DNA of 59,568 bases, filler included, from 7 parts of 7 records of this genome joined end to end with filler, not necessarily neighbours in it, one strand, 5' to 3'; shown: positions 33,046-44,473, numbered from the whole stretch's first letter. Program-made: numbers and translations. Notes: generated by a model not told the origin, from the sequence alone.

Positions 33046-33303
33046 ATGGGCTTAGATATTAAGTTATTTGATATAATTCTTGTTTGTGCTGTTATCATTT
33101 TTTTATTCCGCTTTGGATCATACAAAAACTTACTAAGAGCCTTTTTATTTATTATAATATCTCTTATTGTACTATGTTTAATCAATATAATAGGTGTAAA
33201 GCTTAATCTATATGTTCCAATCAACATCTTTACAATTACTTACCTTTCAATACTAGGTCTACCCGGACTCATATCACTCCTAATTCTTAGTTTAATCATC
33301 TAA
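33046..33303 (+). CDS. bofA: pro-sigmaK processing inhibitor BofA family protein
   Basis: Small hydrophobic protein with VPINIFT...ILGLPG signature; GAGGTG RBS; yaaL-bofA order. Confidence 0.85.
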   Translation: MGLDIKLFDIILVCAVIIFLFRFGSYKNLLRAFLFIIISLIVLCLINIIGVKLNLYVPINIFTITYLSILGLPGLISLLILSLII

Positions 33304-33307
33304 TCCG

Positions 33308-33396
33308 TGTAATATATACGTAACATCTTTTCCCAATACCGTTAATATTCTGTGTAATCTATTGAATATGCTCTTTTTTTGTAATAAAGTTGTAAC
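33308..33396 (+). promoter_or_regulatory. two WalR (YycF)-type direct-repeat boxes
   Basis: TGTAAT-AAAGT-TGTAAC (33380-33396, exact TGTWAH-N5-TGTWAH) and TGTAAT-ATATA-CGTAAC (33308-33324, one mismatch). Confidence 0.65.
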
Positions 33397-33438
33397 AATT
33401 AATCGAGCTAATGACGTGAGCTAATAAATTTTCTATTT

Positions 33439-34662
33439 ATGGAAATAACTATTAAAAGAAAGGTTGTAAGGATTATTTTAATGATTGTTACAGAAAGAAG
33501 AAAAACAAAAAAACATTCCAATATATTACTTTTTGTATTTATTGCTTTAGCAGTAGTTACACTTTTAATTCTTCCAACAACAGCAGCAGCAGAATCTGAA
33601 TTTGAAGAAGGAAGTGTTACAGGAACTGATGTAAAAGTTAGACTAAGAGCAGATGGGAACTCGCCAGAAGTATGTACACTCGATATGGGAACAAGGATCG
33701 GTATTTATTATGGCGAAACAAACGGATGGGTTAGAATTATTTATGGCAACTATAGAGGTTATATAAATAGAGATTATGTATTTATTCCAAGTGAAGATTC
33801 TTTCCAAGCAAACGTTTATAATGATGGCCTTAGGTTAAGACAGAATCCTGGAACATACAGCACAGTAATAGCAGAACTTGAAGCTGGAATGCCTGTTACT
33901 ATTACCGACGTATTTGGAGAATGGTACTATCTGATAATCGAAGATCAAAATATTCAAGGTTTCGCACACAAGGACTTTGTAAGGATTTCTAAGTCGGGAA
34001 AAGCATCTTATCTTTTAAAGCCAGGTATGAGCGGTACAGCAGTTTATAAAATGCAAAGGAAGCTAAAAAGCAGAGGTTTTTATCCTGGAGATAACAACGG
34101 CAAATACGATGACTTAACTAAAATGGCAGTAGGAAACTTTCAAAAGGCTGCTAATCTTTCTGTAGATGGTATTGCAGGATCTTCTACACTAGATCTACTG
34201 TTTTCTGATTCAAACATAAAAGCAACCGCTTCTTCTCTTTCTAATGTAAATGGTACTGTTTTAAAAGAACATTGGAATAAAGTTCAAAGTGTGTTTGCTC
34301 GCGGTACAGTTGCTGTAGTTACAGATGTAAAAACAAAAAAGCAATTTAAAGTGAAAAGATATGCAGGGAGTCTTCACGCAGACGTAGACCCGCTTACAGC
34401 GCAAGATACGGCAATTATGAAAGAAATATATGGTGGAAGCTGGTCTTGGAACAGGAGAGCTATTTGGGTTACTGTAAGTGGTATAACGTATGCAGCTTCC
34501 ATGCATGGTATGCCACATTCATACGACCACTTAGCAGGTAACAATTTTGCTGGTCACTTTTGTATACATTTTTACGGATCCAAGGGACATTCATCGGGTG
34601 TAGCTTGTTCGCTCCACCAGGCTTGTGTCCAGTATGCTTTTGAAAAGGAAACAGTTAAGTAA
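33439..34662 (+). CDS. secreted cell-wall protein: 2 SH3 domains, PG_binding_1 domain, unannotated C-terminal domain (start may be 33481)
   Basis: Signal peptide ending TAAAE; SH3b patterns GWVRI...GYI and EWYYL...GFAH; AVGNFQKAANLSVDGIAGSST. Confidence 0.88.
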   Translation: MEITIKRKVVRIILMIVTERRKTKKHSNILLFVFIALAVVTLLILPTTAAAESEFEEGSVTGTDVKVRLRADGNSPEVCTLDMGTRIGIYYGETNGWVRIIYGNYRGYINRDYVFIPSEDSFQANVYNDGLRLRQNPGTYSTVIAELEAGMPVTITDVFGEWYYLIIEDQNIQGFAHKDFVRISKSGKASYLLKPGMSGTAVYKMQRKLKSRGFYPGDNNGKYDDLTKMAVGNFQKAANLSVDGIAGSSTLDLLFSDSNIKATASSLSNVNGTVLKEHWNKVQSVFARGTVAVVTDVKTKKQFKVKRYAGSLHADVDPLTAQDTAIMKEIYGGSWSWNRRAIWVTVSGITYAASMHGMPHSYDHLAGNNFAGHFCIHFYGSKGHSSGVACSLHQACVQYAFEKETVK

Positions 34663-34666
34663 AACA

Positions 34667-34701
34667 AAAGGCTATCTTATGTTTTTTTACAAGATAGCCT
34701 T
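34667..34701. terminator. bidirectional terminator
   Basis: AAGGCTATCTT...AAGATAGCCTT between convergent genes. Confidence 0.75.
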
Positions 34702-34747
34702 ATTTTTAAATATTCGTTCTTTAAATATGAGTTTAAGATTATTTACT

Positions 34748-36211
34748 TTATTGGTTTAACCATTTATCACAAGCTTCAGCACAATCTCTTCCCTCTTGCA
34801 TTGCCCAAACAACTAATGATTGACCTTTTCTCATATCTCCAGCGACAAAAACTTTTTCTTCGCTAGACTTGTAATTATTCCCGATAACGTTACCACGTCC
34901 ATCACATTTTAAGTCTACTTCATTAATGATTGTTTTTTCTGGTCCTAAAAAGCCCATAGCAATCAAAACAATATCTGCTTTATATACTCGCTCACTACCA
35001 TCAATTGGTTTAGGGATAAATCTTCCATTATCCTTCACCCATTCAACTTTTACAGCTTTAACTTCACATACATTGCCTTGTTTATCTTTAACAACCTCAG
35101 TTGTCATAATCTCATAGCGTCTAGGATCATCGCCATAAACATGAATAGCTTCAGCTTGACCATAATCAGTCTTTAAAACTTTAGGGAACTGTGGCCAAGG
35201 GTTGTTTTCTTGTCTTGTATCTGCTGGTTTAGGCATAATTTCAAGTTGTATGACCGAATTGCAGCCTTGTCTTATTGAAGAACCAACACAGTCAGTGCCT
35301 GTGTCTCCACCACCAATAACGATAACATCCTTGCCTTTTGCGTCTAAATCCGCTTTAGATTCGTCTTCGTTTCCAAGCAATCTCTCTGTTGCAGCTTTAA
35401 GAAAATCCACAGCAAAATACACACCATTCACACCTTCTCTGCCTTTAGCAGAAAGGTCTCTTGGTTGAGTTGCACCTGCACATAAAACAACTGCATCAAA
35501 CTCATTTTTAAGCTCAGAAAGCTTTTTATCTATTCCTACTTCAACGTTATAAACAAATTCAACTCCAGCTTGTTCTAAAATATCAGCACGATTTAAAACT
35601 CTCTGCTTATCAAGCTTCATGTTCGGAATACCGTACATAAGCAGACCGCCTGGTTTATCTTGTCTGTCATACACTACTACATTATGACCTGCTTTGTTTA
35701 AGTAAAAAGCAGCAGACATACCTGCAGGCCCTGCACCAACAACAGCAACTTTTTTTCCAGAACGTTTTAATGGTATAACTGGTTTAACCCAACCCATTTC
35801 AAAAGCCATATCAATAATAGCTTTTTCGTTACCTTTAATTGTAACAGGGTCTCCGTTTAACCCAGCGCAACAAGAACCTTCACACGGTGCAGGACACACA
35901 CGTGAAGTGAATTCTGGGAAAGCAGATGTTAGGCTTAATCTTTCATAAGCTTGCTTATATAATCCGCGGTAAACCATATCATTCCACTCAGGAATAAGGT
36001 TATTAAGCGGACAACCAGATGCCATACCTGCAAGCATGATTCCAGTGTGACAAAATGGCACACCACAATCCATACATCTAGCACCTTGTTCTTTTTGTAT
36101 TTCTTCAGGAAGATTAGTATAAAACTCATCCCAATTTTTCAATCTTTTTTCAGGAGCAACATATTCAGCTACTTGCCTGTTATAGTCCATAAATCCTGTG
36201 GCTTTACCCAT
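34748..36211 (-). CDS. gltD: glutamate synthase small subunit
   Basis: MGKATGFM, QGARCMDCGVPFC, FPEFTSRVCPAPCE, GDMRKGQSLVVWA; AAGGAGG RBS. Confidence 0.96.
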   Translation of the reverse strand: MGKATGFMDYNRQVAEYVAPEKRLKNWDEFYTNLPEEIQKEQGARCMDCGVPFCHTGIMLAGMASGCPLNNLIPEWNDMVYRGLYKQAYERLSLTSAFPEFTSRVCPAPCEGSCCAGLNGDPVTIKGNEKAIIDMAFEMGWVKPVIPLKRSGKKVAVVGAGPAGMSAAFYLNKAGHNVVVYDRQDKPGGLLMYGIPNMKLDKQRVLNRADILEQAGVEFVYNVEVGIDKKLSELKNEFDAVVLCAGATQPRDLSAKGREGVNGVYFAVDFLKAATERLLGNEDESKADLDAKGKDVIVIGGGDTGTDCVGSSIRQGCNSVIQLEIMPKPADTRQENNPWPQFPKVLKTDYGQAEAIHVYGDDPRRYEIMTTEVVKDKQGNVCEVKAVKVEWVKDNGRFIPKPIDGSERVYKADIVLIAMGFLGPEKTIINEVDLKCDGRGNVIGNNYKSSEEKVFVAGDMRKGQSLVVWAMQEGRDCAEACDKWLNQ

Positions 36212-36224
36212 AGCTTTTTCCTCC

Positions 36225-37938
36225 TTAATTTCCAGATAGACGGCTAGCGTCATCTCTATTTTTAGTAAATGCGTACATTGCTGCATCATCATCATCCATA
36301 CCTTGGTCTTTACCAGCTTTAATAAAGTCTAGCATCCGTTTGTAATCTCTCGGAACAACTTTAGCAAATTTTTTGCTCAGCTTAGTCCAATTGTCAAGTA
36401 TGTACTTAGCTTTTTCACTGTTCGTGTATTCCAAATGTTTTTCTATTCTAGATTTAACTGCATCTAGTTCAGAAGATGGAATTTTTTTATCCAAGTCAGC
36501 CATGCTTTTATTCATCTTATCTTCAAATGTGCTATCTTCATCAAAGATATAAGCAACACCACCAGACATACCAGCACCAAAGTTAAATCCTGTTTTACCA
36601 AGTATAATAACTTCTCCACCAGTCATATATTCACATCCGTGAGCACCAACACCCTCAACAACGGCATTAACTCCAGAGTTTCTTACACAGAATCTTTCAC
36701 CAGCTACACCAGAAATATACGCTTCACCAGATGTTGCACCGTAGAAGGCAACATTACCAATTAAGATATTTTCTTCTGCTTTCCCAGTAAAGTCATCTGA
36801 TTTACGAACTATAATTTTACCACCAGAGAAACCTTTTCCAAGATAATCATTTGCATCGCCGATAAGTTTAATTGTAACACCCTTTGGAACAAACGCACCA
36901 AGGGACTGTCCAGCAGAACCTGTAAAGTTAAGTGTAATCGTATCTTTAGGTAATGCATCTCCACCATACTTTTTGCTAATAGTAGATCCCAAGATAGTTC
37001 CAGTTGTACGGTTTCTGTTAACAATATCAAGTGATGTTTCCATCTTAGTTTTATTTTCAATAGAATTTTTACATAACGAAAGCAGTATGCTCATATCTTT
37101 TGTTTGATTGATTTTATGCTTTTGAGTAACTGTTCTATATCTATCTGTAGCCTTTTCAGAATAAGGTTGGTATAAAAGTGAAGATACATCAACAGTTTTA
37201 GCCTTCCAATGCTCAATATCTTCTTTATGTTTAAGCAAATCAGCTCTGCCAATCATTTCGTCAACTGTACGCACACCGATTCTTGCCATAACTTCACGCA
37301 TATTTTGCGCAATAAACTTCATAAAGTTCACTATATATTCTGGCTTACCTTTAAACATTTTTCTAAGCTCTTCATTTTGAGTTGCAACACCAACAGGACA
37401 TGTATCAAGGTTACAAACTCTCATCATAATACATCCCATAGTTATAAGAGGCAATGTTGCAAAACCAAACTCTTCTGCCCCAAGTAATGCCGCTATAGCA
37501 ACATCTTTACCAGAAAGAAGCTTACCATCAGTTTCCAACTTAACTCTGTTTCTTAGTTTGTTAATAAGTAATGTCTGATTTGTTTCTGCTAATCCAAGTT
37601 CCCAAGGTAACCCAGTGTGTCTTACACTAGTTAAAGGAGCAGCACCAGTACCACCATCATAACCAGAAATCAAAATAACATCTGCGTATCCTTTTGCAAC
37701 ACCAGCAGCAATTGTTCCTACACCAACTTCAGAAACTAGCTTAACGTTGATGTTAGCATCAGTATTAGAACATTTTAAATCGTAGATTAGTTGAGCTAAA
37801 TCTTCGATAGAATAAATATCATGATGCGGTGGTGGTGATATAAGCCCAACACCAGGAGTTGAACCACGAGTTTTTGCAACCCAAGGATAAACTTTTCCAC
37901 CTGGTAATTGTCCACCTTCACCCGGTTTAGCACCCTGT
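36225..37938 (-). CDS. gltB: glutamate synthase large subunit, 5' truncated
   Basis: [13 protein letters not shown] at the contig edge, [35 protein letters not shown] domain. Confidence 0.97.
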
Positions 37939-38038
37939 NNNNNNNNNNNNNNNNNNNNNNNNNNNNNNNNNNNNNNNNNNNNTTAATTAATTAANNNNNN
38001 NNNNNNNNNNNNNNNNNNNNNNNNNNNNNNNNNNNNNN
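37939..38038. other. artificial contig spacer
   Basis: Same 100-nt linker. Confidence 0.98.
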
Positions 38039-38040
38039 TC

Positions 38041-40625
38041 GATTTATCCATTCGAGGAAGAGGTAATCCATTAATTATTATTGATGGTATACGTGTACCC
38101 AATTCTGGTTTGGAACCAGGCACTGGTCAGGGCGAAATTAATGGTGTACACAGAGGCGGTATTGCCGATCTTAACCCTGCTGACATAGAATCAATCGAAG
38201 TGTTAAAAGACGCAAGTGCATCTATTTACGGTATTGCTGCATCAGAAGGTGTAATATTAATTACAACAAAAAAAGGAAAAGCAGGAAAAATGAATGTTTC
38301 ATACAATGCAAGTAGATCTTTTGTTAGCAACATGAAATATTTGGAGCCACTAAGTGCAAGTGAATACATGAGTTATTTTAACTACTTCGCAAAAGAAAGG
38401 TACTTGTTCAACAATAGCATGGTTCCCTACGGTACTGCTGAAGCTTCAGGCTTTTCCCCAAAATATTCGGATGAAGATATTGCCAATGCAACCAATCAAA
38501 CCGATTGGTTAGATGAAGTACTTCGCATCGGAAGTATCGATAATCACACACTTACATTAAACGGAGGTACTGAAAAACTAACTTATTATTTCTCTGGTAA
38601 TTATTTCGACCAAACAGGGACAATGAAAAACTCCGGATTAACAAGGTATAACACGCGAATGAATACCACGTATAAATTGGCGAAGTTTTTAAAATTGAAT
38701 ACCAATATTGGTTATACACGAAATAAATACCTCAATTCAACTGCTGGTTGGCAAACAGGAGGTTCAGGTACTAATGGTTATGGTGCTTTGCAAGCCGCTG
38801 TCAGTTATCCCAGAACATTGTCGGTAAAAGACGAAAATGGTAATTATAATCTTTTTAGCACAACCGGAAATCCAGTATCATTACTTGATATAGATGATAA
38901 AACCAACTCTTCGACAATATTGGCCAATTTATCATTAGATATTGATATTATACCTTCTAAACTTTTTGCTAAACTACAGTATGGTAATAATTACGAGTTG
39001 GCTGAGCGTTCTTTTTACGTTCCGTCTGATGTGTTTTGGGGGCAAATATACCAGGCCAGGGGAACTTTAAGTAATGCAATGCGTCAATCTCAAACAATGG
39101 AAGGAACATTAACTTATAAAGATAAAATTGGAGATATTGTTGAGTTTGATGCTATTGCCGGTATGGGACAATATGTTGATAATTATAGCGGAAATATGAT
39201 TGTAGCAACCGATATGTTAGACGCCTTAAATACCGATAATATAGGTGCTGCTCCAAATATTTATGACTACTCCTCTTATAGGGGATACGAGAAACGTCGT
39301 TCTTATTTTGCAACTGGTAATTTCAATATTCTGGATCGGTATTTAGTGTCTTTAATTTACAGACTGGACGGCATTGATAAGTTTTATCCCGATAATAAAT
39401 ATGATGGATTCCCTTCTGCTTCTTTAGGGTGGAAAATATCTAACGAGCCTTTTATGCAGGGATTAACATTTCTAAACCTTCTTAAAGTAAGGGCTAGCCT
39501 GGGTATAACGGGAGCTCCAAACGGGACAGAAGCATATGGGGTATATGTGGCAGATGGAAACCAGGAATATTTCGATAATGGAGGTACTATTTACACCACA
39601 TATTATCAATCGAGGTTTAATCAACCAAATTTAAAATGGCAAAAAACGGTTAACTCGAATATTGGGATTGATTTTGGCTTTTTAACAACAGGGTATCTCT
39701 ATCTGCCGATTTCTTCAAGGATAGGATAACAAATTTGGTAACCCAAAGGGCAACTGATCAATTATCGTATATTGCTTCGGTTTATGAAAATGATGGTGCT
39801 CTTGTTAGGAATGGATTTGATATTGCATTAAGATCTTCAAATATCTCTTCAAAAAATGTTGGATGGAATACTACATTGAATATTTCACATTATTTGTACA
39901 GGTGGGATGAAAGATACGAAAACTCCGATTTACAGCCGTTTGTTGATGAAAAAGATCCGGTAAATGCAATTTATGTCTACGAAACAGACGGTATATTACA
40001 AGTAGGTGAAACGCCTACTGAATACCAACCGGAGAATGCAATACTGCCAGGAAACCCGGTTTTTGTTGACCAGAATAATGATGGTGCATTGGATGAAAAT
40101 GATGTGGTTATGTTTAACAGTGATCCAAATTTAATTGTGGGATTTGGCAACGAATTTCGGTATAAGAAATTCGATTTGAGTATATTCTTTTATGGTCAAT
40201 TTGGTGCCAAAGGTTTTAATTACGGTTTAAACTGGGCTGATGCAAAAGATTTGGCAACTGAAACTGCCGGGGCATCACAGGAAATTAAAGATGTATGGAG
40301 AACAGATAACCCTGATGGCAAATATCCGGGATATGCTTATGATGAATCAACATTGGGTTTACCTGCAAGTGTAGATGTTATGTTGGCAAGCAAAGATTTT
40401 GTTCGTTGCCGGAATATAACGTTAGGGTACACAATTAATCCTAAAAATGTTGTTAACAATTACTTCAAAGATATTAGAGTGTATCTTGATATCCAAAACC
40501 CATTTATTATAACTGATTATGTAGCACTTGACCCAGAAGTTCAGGCCCCAAGTCCAAGATCTGGCGCTGCGGCTCCTTATCCAATGGCAAGAACATTTTC
40601 ACTTGGTCTTAATGTTAATTTCTAA
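38041..40625 (+). CDS. SusC/RagA TonB-dependent transporter; 5' truncated, one frameshift at T-run 39679-39683
   Basis: PLIIIDG and [17 protein letters not shown] plug motifs; [21 protein letters not shown]-terminus; adding one T restores GFFNNRVS. Confidence 0.93.
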
Positions 40626-40631
40626 AAAGTA

Positions 40632-42116
40632 ATGAAAATGAAAAAGATATTATATATAGCAATACTAACATCTGTATTAGCAGGATGTACAAAAGATTTT
40701 GATCCTGAATTACTCGGAACATTATCTCCTTCTACCTTCCCTTCCAATGAAGCAGAATTTGAACTTTACACCTTAAATCTTTATAAATCATTTGATGCAA
40801 AGTGGGGGTATGGAGGTGCATTTTCTTGGGAAAACAATTTTTTTAGTCCTGAATGGGGCAATGTTATCATGTTTGATGGCCCTACAGATATAATAAATAA
40901 ATTTACTAATTGGGGAGGTTTTTGGGAAGGTTTTAGTACTGTTAACTTTGCTTTTATGCAGACCCAGGGAAGAGGTAGTCATTTTGAAAAAGTTAGAAAA
41001 GTTACACAGGCAACTAAAATAATCGATGATATTGAAAAATCGGAAATCAATGAAAACGTAAAGTTAGCATTGTTAGGTGAGGCTAAGATGGCCCGAGGCT
41101 GGATTATGTATTATTTAATGCACATATATGGTTCGGTTCCGGTAATAATCGATCCTGAGTTAATTGGCACAGATGCAGAAAAAGATATGAACCGGCCTAC
41201 AAGAACACAATTTGTTACATGGATTGAAAGTGATTTAAAATTTGCAGCTGAAAATCTTCCTATTGTAGCAGAAAATTATGGCCGGTTTACAAAAGGATCA
41301 GCATTAACAGTTCTTATGCGCCTTTATTTAAACGAAAAAAACTTTGCACAAGTAATAGAAGTTGGTCGTGAAATTGAAGGATTGGGCTACTCCTTGATTG
41401 ATGAATATGTAGATCTGTTTAAAGAAGAAACAGAAGTTAACGGCGAAACTATTTGGGCTGTATCCTGTCAAAATGGGGGAAATGGAAATTTCAACCCCCT
41501 TGCGTTTTATTGTTTACCTACCAAATATAAAAATTCAAAAATTAAAGGCGGTTGGGGAGGCGACAACGGCGTCCTATCTATGCCTTGGGAATTTTACGAC
41601 TTATTCGAATCAACAGATACCCGCACCAATTGTCTTATTGAATCGTATTACGATGATGACTCAGTGCTTTGGGACAGGTCTAATTTAAATGGCGCAATAA
41701 TCAATAAATATCCAGCCGAAGGTGGAAACGACAACTCTGTACAGGGCAATGACTATGTTGTTTGTAGATATGCAGATGTACTGCTGATGCTGGCTGAAGC
41801 CATGAATGAGATTGATGGCCCTACAAGTGAAGCAATAGCATATTTAAATGAAATAAGAACAAGGGCAAATACATCTCTTGTTTCAACTGAAGAAAGTGCA
41901 TCAAAAGAAGCTTTTCGTGATGCCGTTTTTATTGAAAGGGGAAAAGAATTTTACCTGGAAGGCTTACGAAAGATGGATTTAATACGTATGGATAAAACTA
42001 GTGAAGCTTTATCTTTAGTTGGAAAAACGGCTGTCTCACCATACGAAGTATTTCCTATTCCCGATTATGCCATAAATAATTCTGAAGGCCAACTAATTCA
42101 AAATGATGGTTATTAG
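40632..42116 (+). CDS. SusD/RagB lipoprotein
   Basis: Lipobox LAGC; RYADVLLMLAEA and ERGKEFYLEGLRKMDLIR motifs. Confidence 0.94.
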   Translation: MKMKKILYIAILTSVLAGCTKDFDPELLGTLSPSTFPSNEAEFELYTLNLYKSFDAKWGYGGAFSWENNFFSPEWGNVIMFDGPTDIINKFTNWGGFWEGFSTVNFAFMQTQGRGSHFEKVRKVTQATKIIDDIEKSEINENVKLALLGEAKMARGWIMYYLMHIYGSVPVIIDPELIGTDAEKDMNRPTRTQFVTWIESDLKFAAENLPIVAENYGRFTKGSALTVLMRLYLNEKNFAQVIEVGREIEGLGYSLIDEYVDLFKEETEVNGETIWAVSCQNGGNGNFNPLAFYCLPTKYKNSKIKGGWGGDNGVLSMPWEFYDLFESTDTRTNCLIESYYDDDSVLWDRSNLNGAIINKYPAEGGNDNSVQGNDYVVCRYADVLLMLAEAMNEIDGPTSEAIAYLNEIRTRANTSLVSTEESASKEAFRDAVFIERGKEFYLEGLRKMDLIRMDKTSEALSLVGKTAVSPYEVFPIPDYAINNSEGQLIQNDGY

Positions 42117-42173
42117 GATATTTACAATTTGTCATTGTTATAGGTTAAGTAGTTTAATTTAGTGGATTTATCA

Positions 42174-42207
42174 CCCCCTTTTCTCAAAAACTGGGAAAAG
42201 GGGATTT
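42174..42207 (+). terminator. hairpin/terminator after susD
   Basis: CCCCTTTTCTCA-aaaac-TGGGAAAAGGGG followed by attt. Confidence 0.6.
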
Positions 42208-42261
42208 CAAAATCTAGCATCAAATCAATTGTAGTTTTCTATTGATCCATTAGCAGGGGCA

Positions 42262-42294
42262 GCCCTGTCTGTGGTTTAAAACCCTGACAGTGGC
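42262..42294. repeat. REP-like palindrome (CTGTC...GACAG)
   Basis: GCCCTGTC-tgtggtttaaaaccct-GACAGTGGC; related to the element at 44631-44655. Confidence 0.4.
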
Positions 42295-42396
42295 AATTAC
42301 AATATTAATTTACAAGTATCAGTGTTTATTTTTTTAGCCCATATTATTACTCCATAAATTTTATTGGAATTCAATCGAAAATCAAAATATAAAAAG

Positions 42397-43341
42397 ATGA
42401 AAATTTATGTAATCATCATTAACTTAATTTCTTCCATCATTTTCCTGGTATCTTGTTCTTCCAATAATAATCAGCAAAAAAAAGAATCGATTGTTAACAA
42501 AGAGAAAGTAGCGTATTTGGCTGCTTATATGAAAGGTGATGATGAGAAACACCTCTACTACGCAATAGCTGATTCAGGATTTAATTTCCAGGTAATAAAT
42601 CAGGGAAAACCTGTACTTTCAGCCTCTTTTAATGATAAGTTAATCCGAGATCCTATGATACTTCAGGATAAAGATGGGATATACCATTTAGTAGCTACAG
42701 TTTCTTGGAAAAATCGCCCTTTTACAATTTGGGATTCAAAAGACCTGGTTACATGGGAAAATGAACGTTTAATTGATGTGGCACCTGAAGGAGCATCAAA
42801 AACCTGGGCTCCGGAATTAGCATATGATGAGAAGAACAACCAGTATTTTGTTTACTGGACAGCAGAACTATACAACGATTGGAATACCGCTGCAATTTAT
42901 TATGCTACAACAACAGATTTTACAACCTTCTCAGAACCATTAATTTTATTTAAGGATACAGTTGGTATACTCGATGCCAACATTATTAAAGTAAATGATA
43001 TATATAAATTAATTTACCGTAAAAATGGTATTTGGATCGCATCATCTAAGAATGCAATTGGGCCTTATAGTAACCAATACCAGCTTACAACAGAAAATGT
43101 TGAAGGACCATATGCTTTTCACTTACTAAAAAATGAAGGATATGGTATTGTTTGGGATTATTTTGGAAGAAGCCAGGGATTTGGTTTATGGACATCAACC
43201 GATTTTAAAAACTGGAAGCGTATTACAAACGAAAAAGCCCCTTATTATAATGAAGAGGTCGTATTTCCTCCGGGAATAAGGCATGGTTCTATTATTGGGA
43301 TAACAAACAATGAATTAGAACAATTATTGAAGGCTTATTAA
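42397..43341 (+). CDS. GH43 family glycoside hydrolase lipoprotein
   Basis: Lipobox LVSC; IRDP, WAPE, ILDA, VEGP and RHGSI motifs of the five-bladed propeller. Confidence 0.88.
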   Translation: MKIYVIIINLISSIIFLVSCSSNNNQQKKESIVNKEKVAYLAAYMKGDDEKHLYYAIADSGFNFQVINQGKPVLSASFNDKLIRDPMILQDKDGIYHLVATVSWKNRPFTIWDSKDLVTWENERLIDVAPEGASKTWAPELAYDEKNNQYFVYWTAELYNDWNTAAIYYATTTDFTTFSEPLILFKDTVGILDANIIKVNDIYKLIYRKNGIWIASSKNAIGPYSNQYQLTTENVEGPYAFHLLKNEGYGIVWDYFGRSQGFGLWTSTDFKNWKRITNEKAPYYNEEVVFPPGIRHGSIIGITNNELEQLLKAY

Positions 43342-43393
43342 AACAGGATATTTGCGCAATACTTATTTATCATCATAATAATCAATTTATAAA

Positions 43394-44473
43394 ATGAAAA
43401 CTACAACGCTTTTAATTTTGCTAACCATTAGTTTGTTAAACTGTTCAAAAGCAGAAAATAACAACAATGATTCAAAGAAACCGGATGAAGCTACAAACAC
43501 CTTACCCGATACCAGCAATGTGAATTTTGCAAAAGGGGCAGATATTAGTTGGCTACCGCAAATGGAAACTACCGGGTATAAATTTTACAACGACAACGGA
43601 CAGCAAGAAGATTGTTTTAAAATACTAAAGGATCACGGTATAAATTCAATCAGGTTGAGAACCTTTGTAAGTCCGTCAGATGATAAAATCAGTGGCCACT
43701 GCAGTAAAGACGAAGCTGTTGCTATGGCTGTCCGCGCCCAGGAATGGGGCATGCGGGTAATGCTAAATTTTCATTATAGTGATAGCTGGGCCGATCCAGG
43801 AAAACAAAGAAAACCAGCTTCATGGGAAGGGCATGATTTCCCTACCTTACTCAACGACTTGTACGAATATACATTTGATGTAATGACGGCACTAAAAAAT
43901 GCAGGCATCACCCCGGAATGGGTACAGGTGGGGAACGAAATCCCGGGAGGGATGATTTATCCGGAAGGGAGCACAGATAATTGGCCTCAACTGGTTCAAC
44001 TCATCAATAAAGGGTATGATGCTATTAAAGCTGTCAGCCCCACTTCCAAAGTAATTCTTCATGTTGATCAGGGCAACAACAAGGAGCGGTTCAGGTGGTG
44101 GTTTGATTCAGCAACCAAGCACGGTGCGAAATACGATGCTATTGGTCTCTCTTATTATCCATATTGGCTTCCGGGCTCACCGGATTATACCGAATCAATT
44201 GAAGATCTCAGTTCAAACATGAAAGACCTTGTTTCACGTTATGGCAAAGAGGTAATTGTAGTAGAAGTTGGAGGAGAGGATATTCATGCTCAAAATACTT
44301 ATGACATGCTCACTGCTGTAATCAAAAGGGTGAGGGCAATACCGGATCAGAAAGGATTGGGAGTTTTTTACTGGGAACCCGAAGGAGCCAGATCGTGGAG
44401 CCATTATGCGTTGAGTGCCTGGGGAGAAGACGGAAAACCAACAAAAGCATTGGATGCATTTTTGGAAAAATAA
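43394..44473 (+). CDS. GH53 endo-beta-1,4-galactanase lipoprotein
   Basis: KGADISW, FHYSDSWADPGKQ, WVQVGNE, IGLSYYPYW, GVFYWEP. Confidence 0.95.
   Translation: MKTTTLLILLTISLLNCSKAENNNNDSKKPDEATNTLPDTSNVNFAKGADISWLPQMETTGYKFYNDNGQQEDCFKILKDHGINSIRLRTFVSPSDDKISGHCSKDEAVAMAVRAQEWGMRVMLNFHYSDSWADPGKQRKPASWEGHDFPTLLNDLYEYTFDVMTALKNAGITPEWVQVGNEIPGGMIYPEGSTDNWPQLVQLINKGYDAIKAVSPTSKVILHVDQGNNKERFRWWFDSATKHGAKYDAIGLSYYPYWLPGSPDYTESIEDLSSNMKDLVSRYGKEVIVVEVGGEDIHAQNTYDMLTAVIKRVRAIPDQKGLGVFYWEPEGARSWSHYALSAWGEDGKPTKALDAFLEK

Noticed and set aside
33018-33227. 69-aa minus-strand ORF
   Set aside because: It is antisense to the better-supported bofA.
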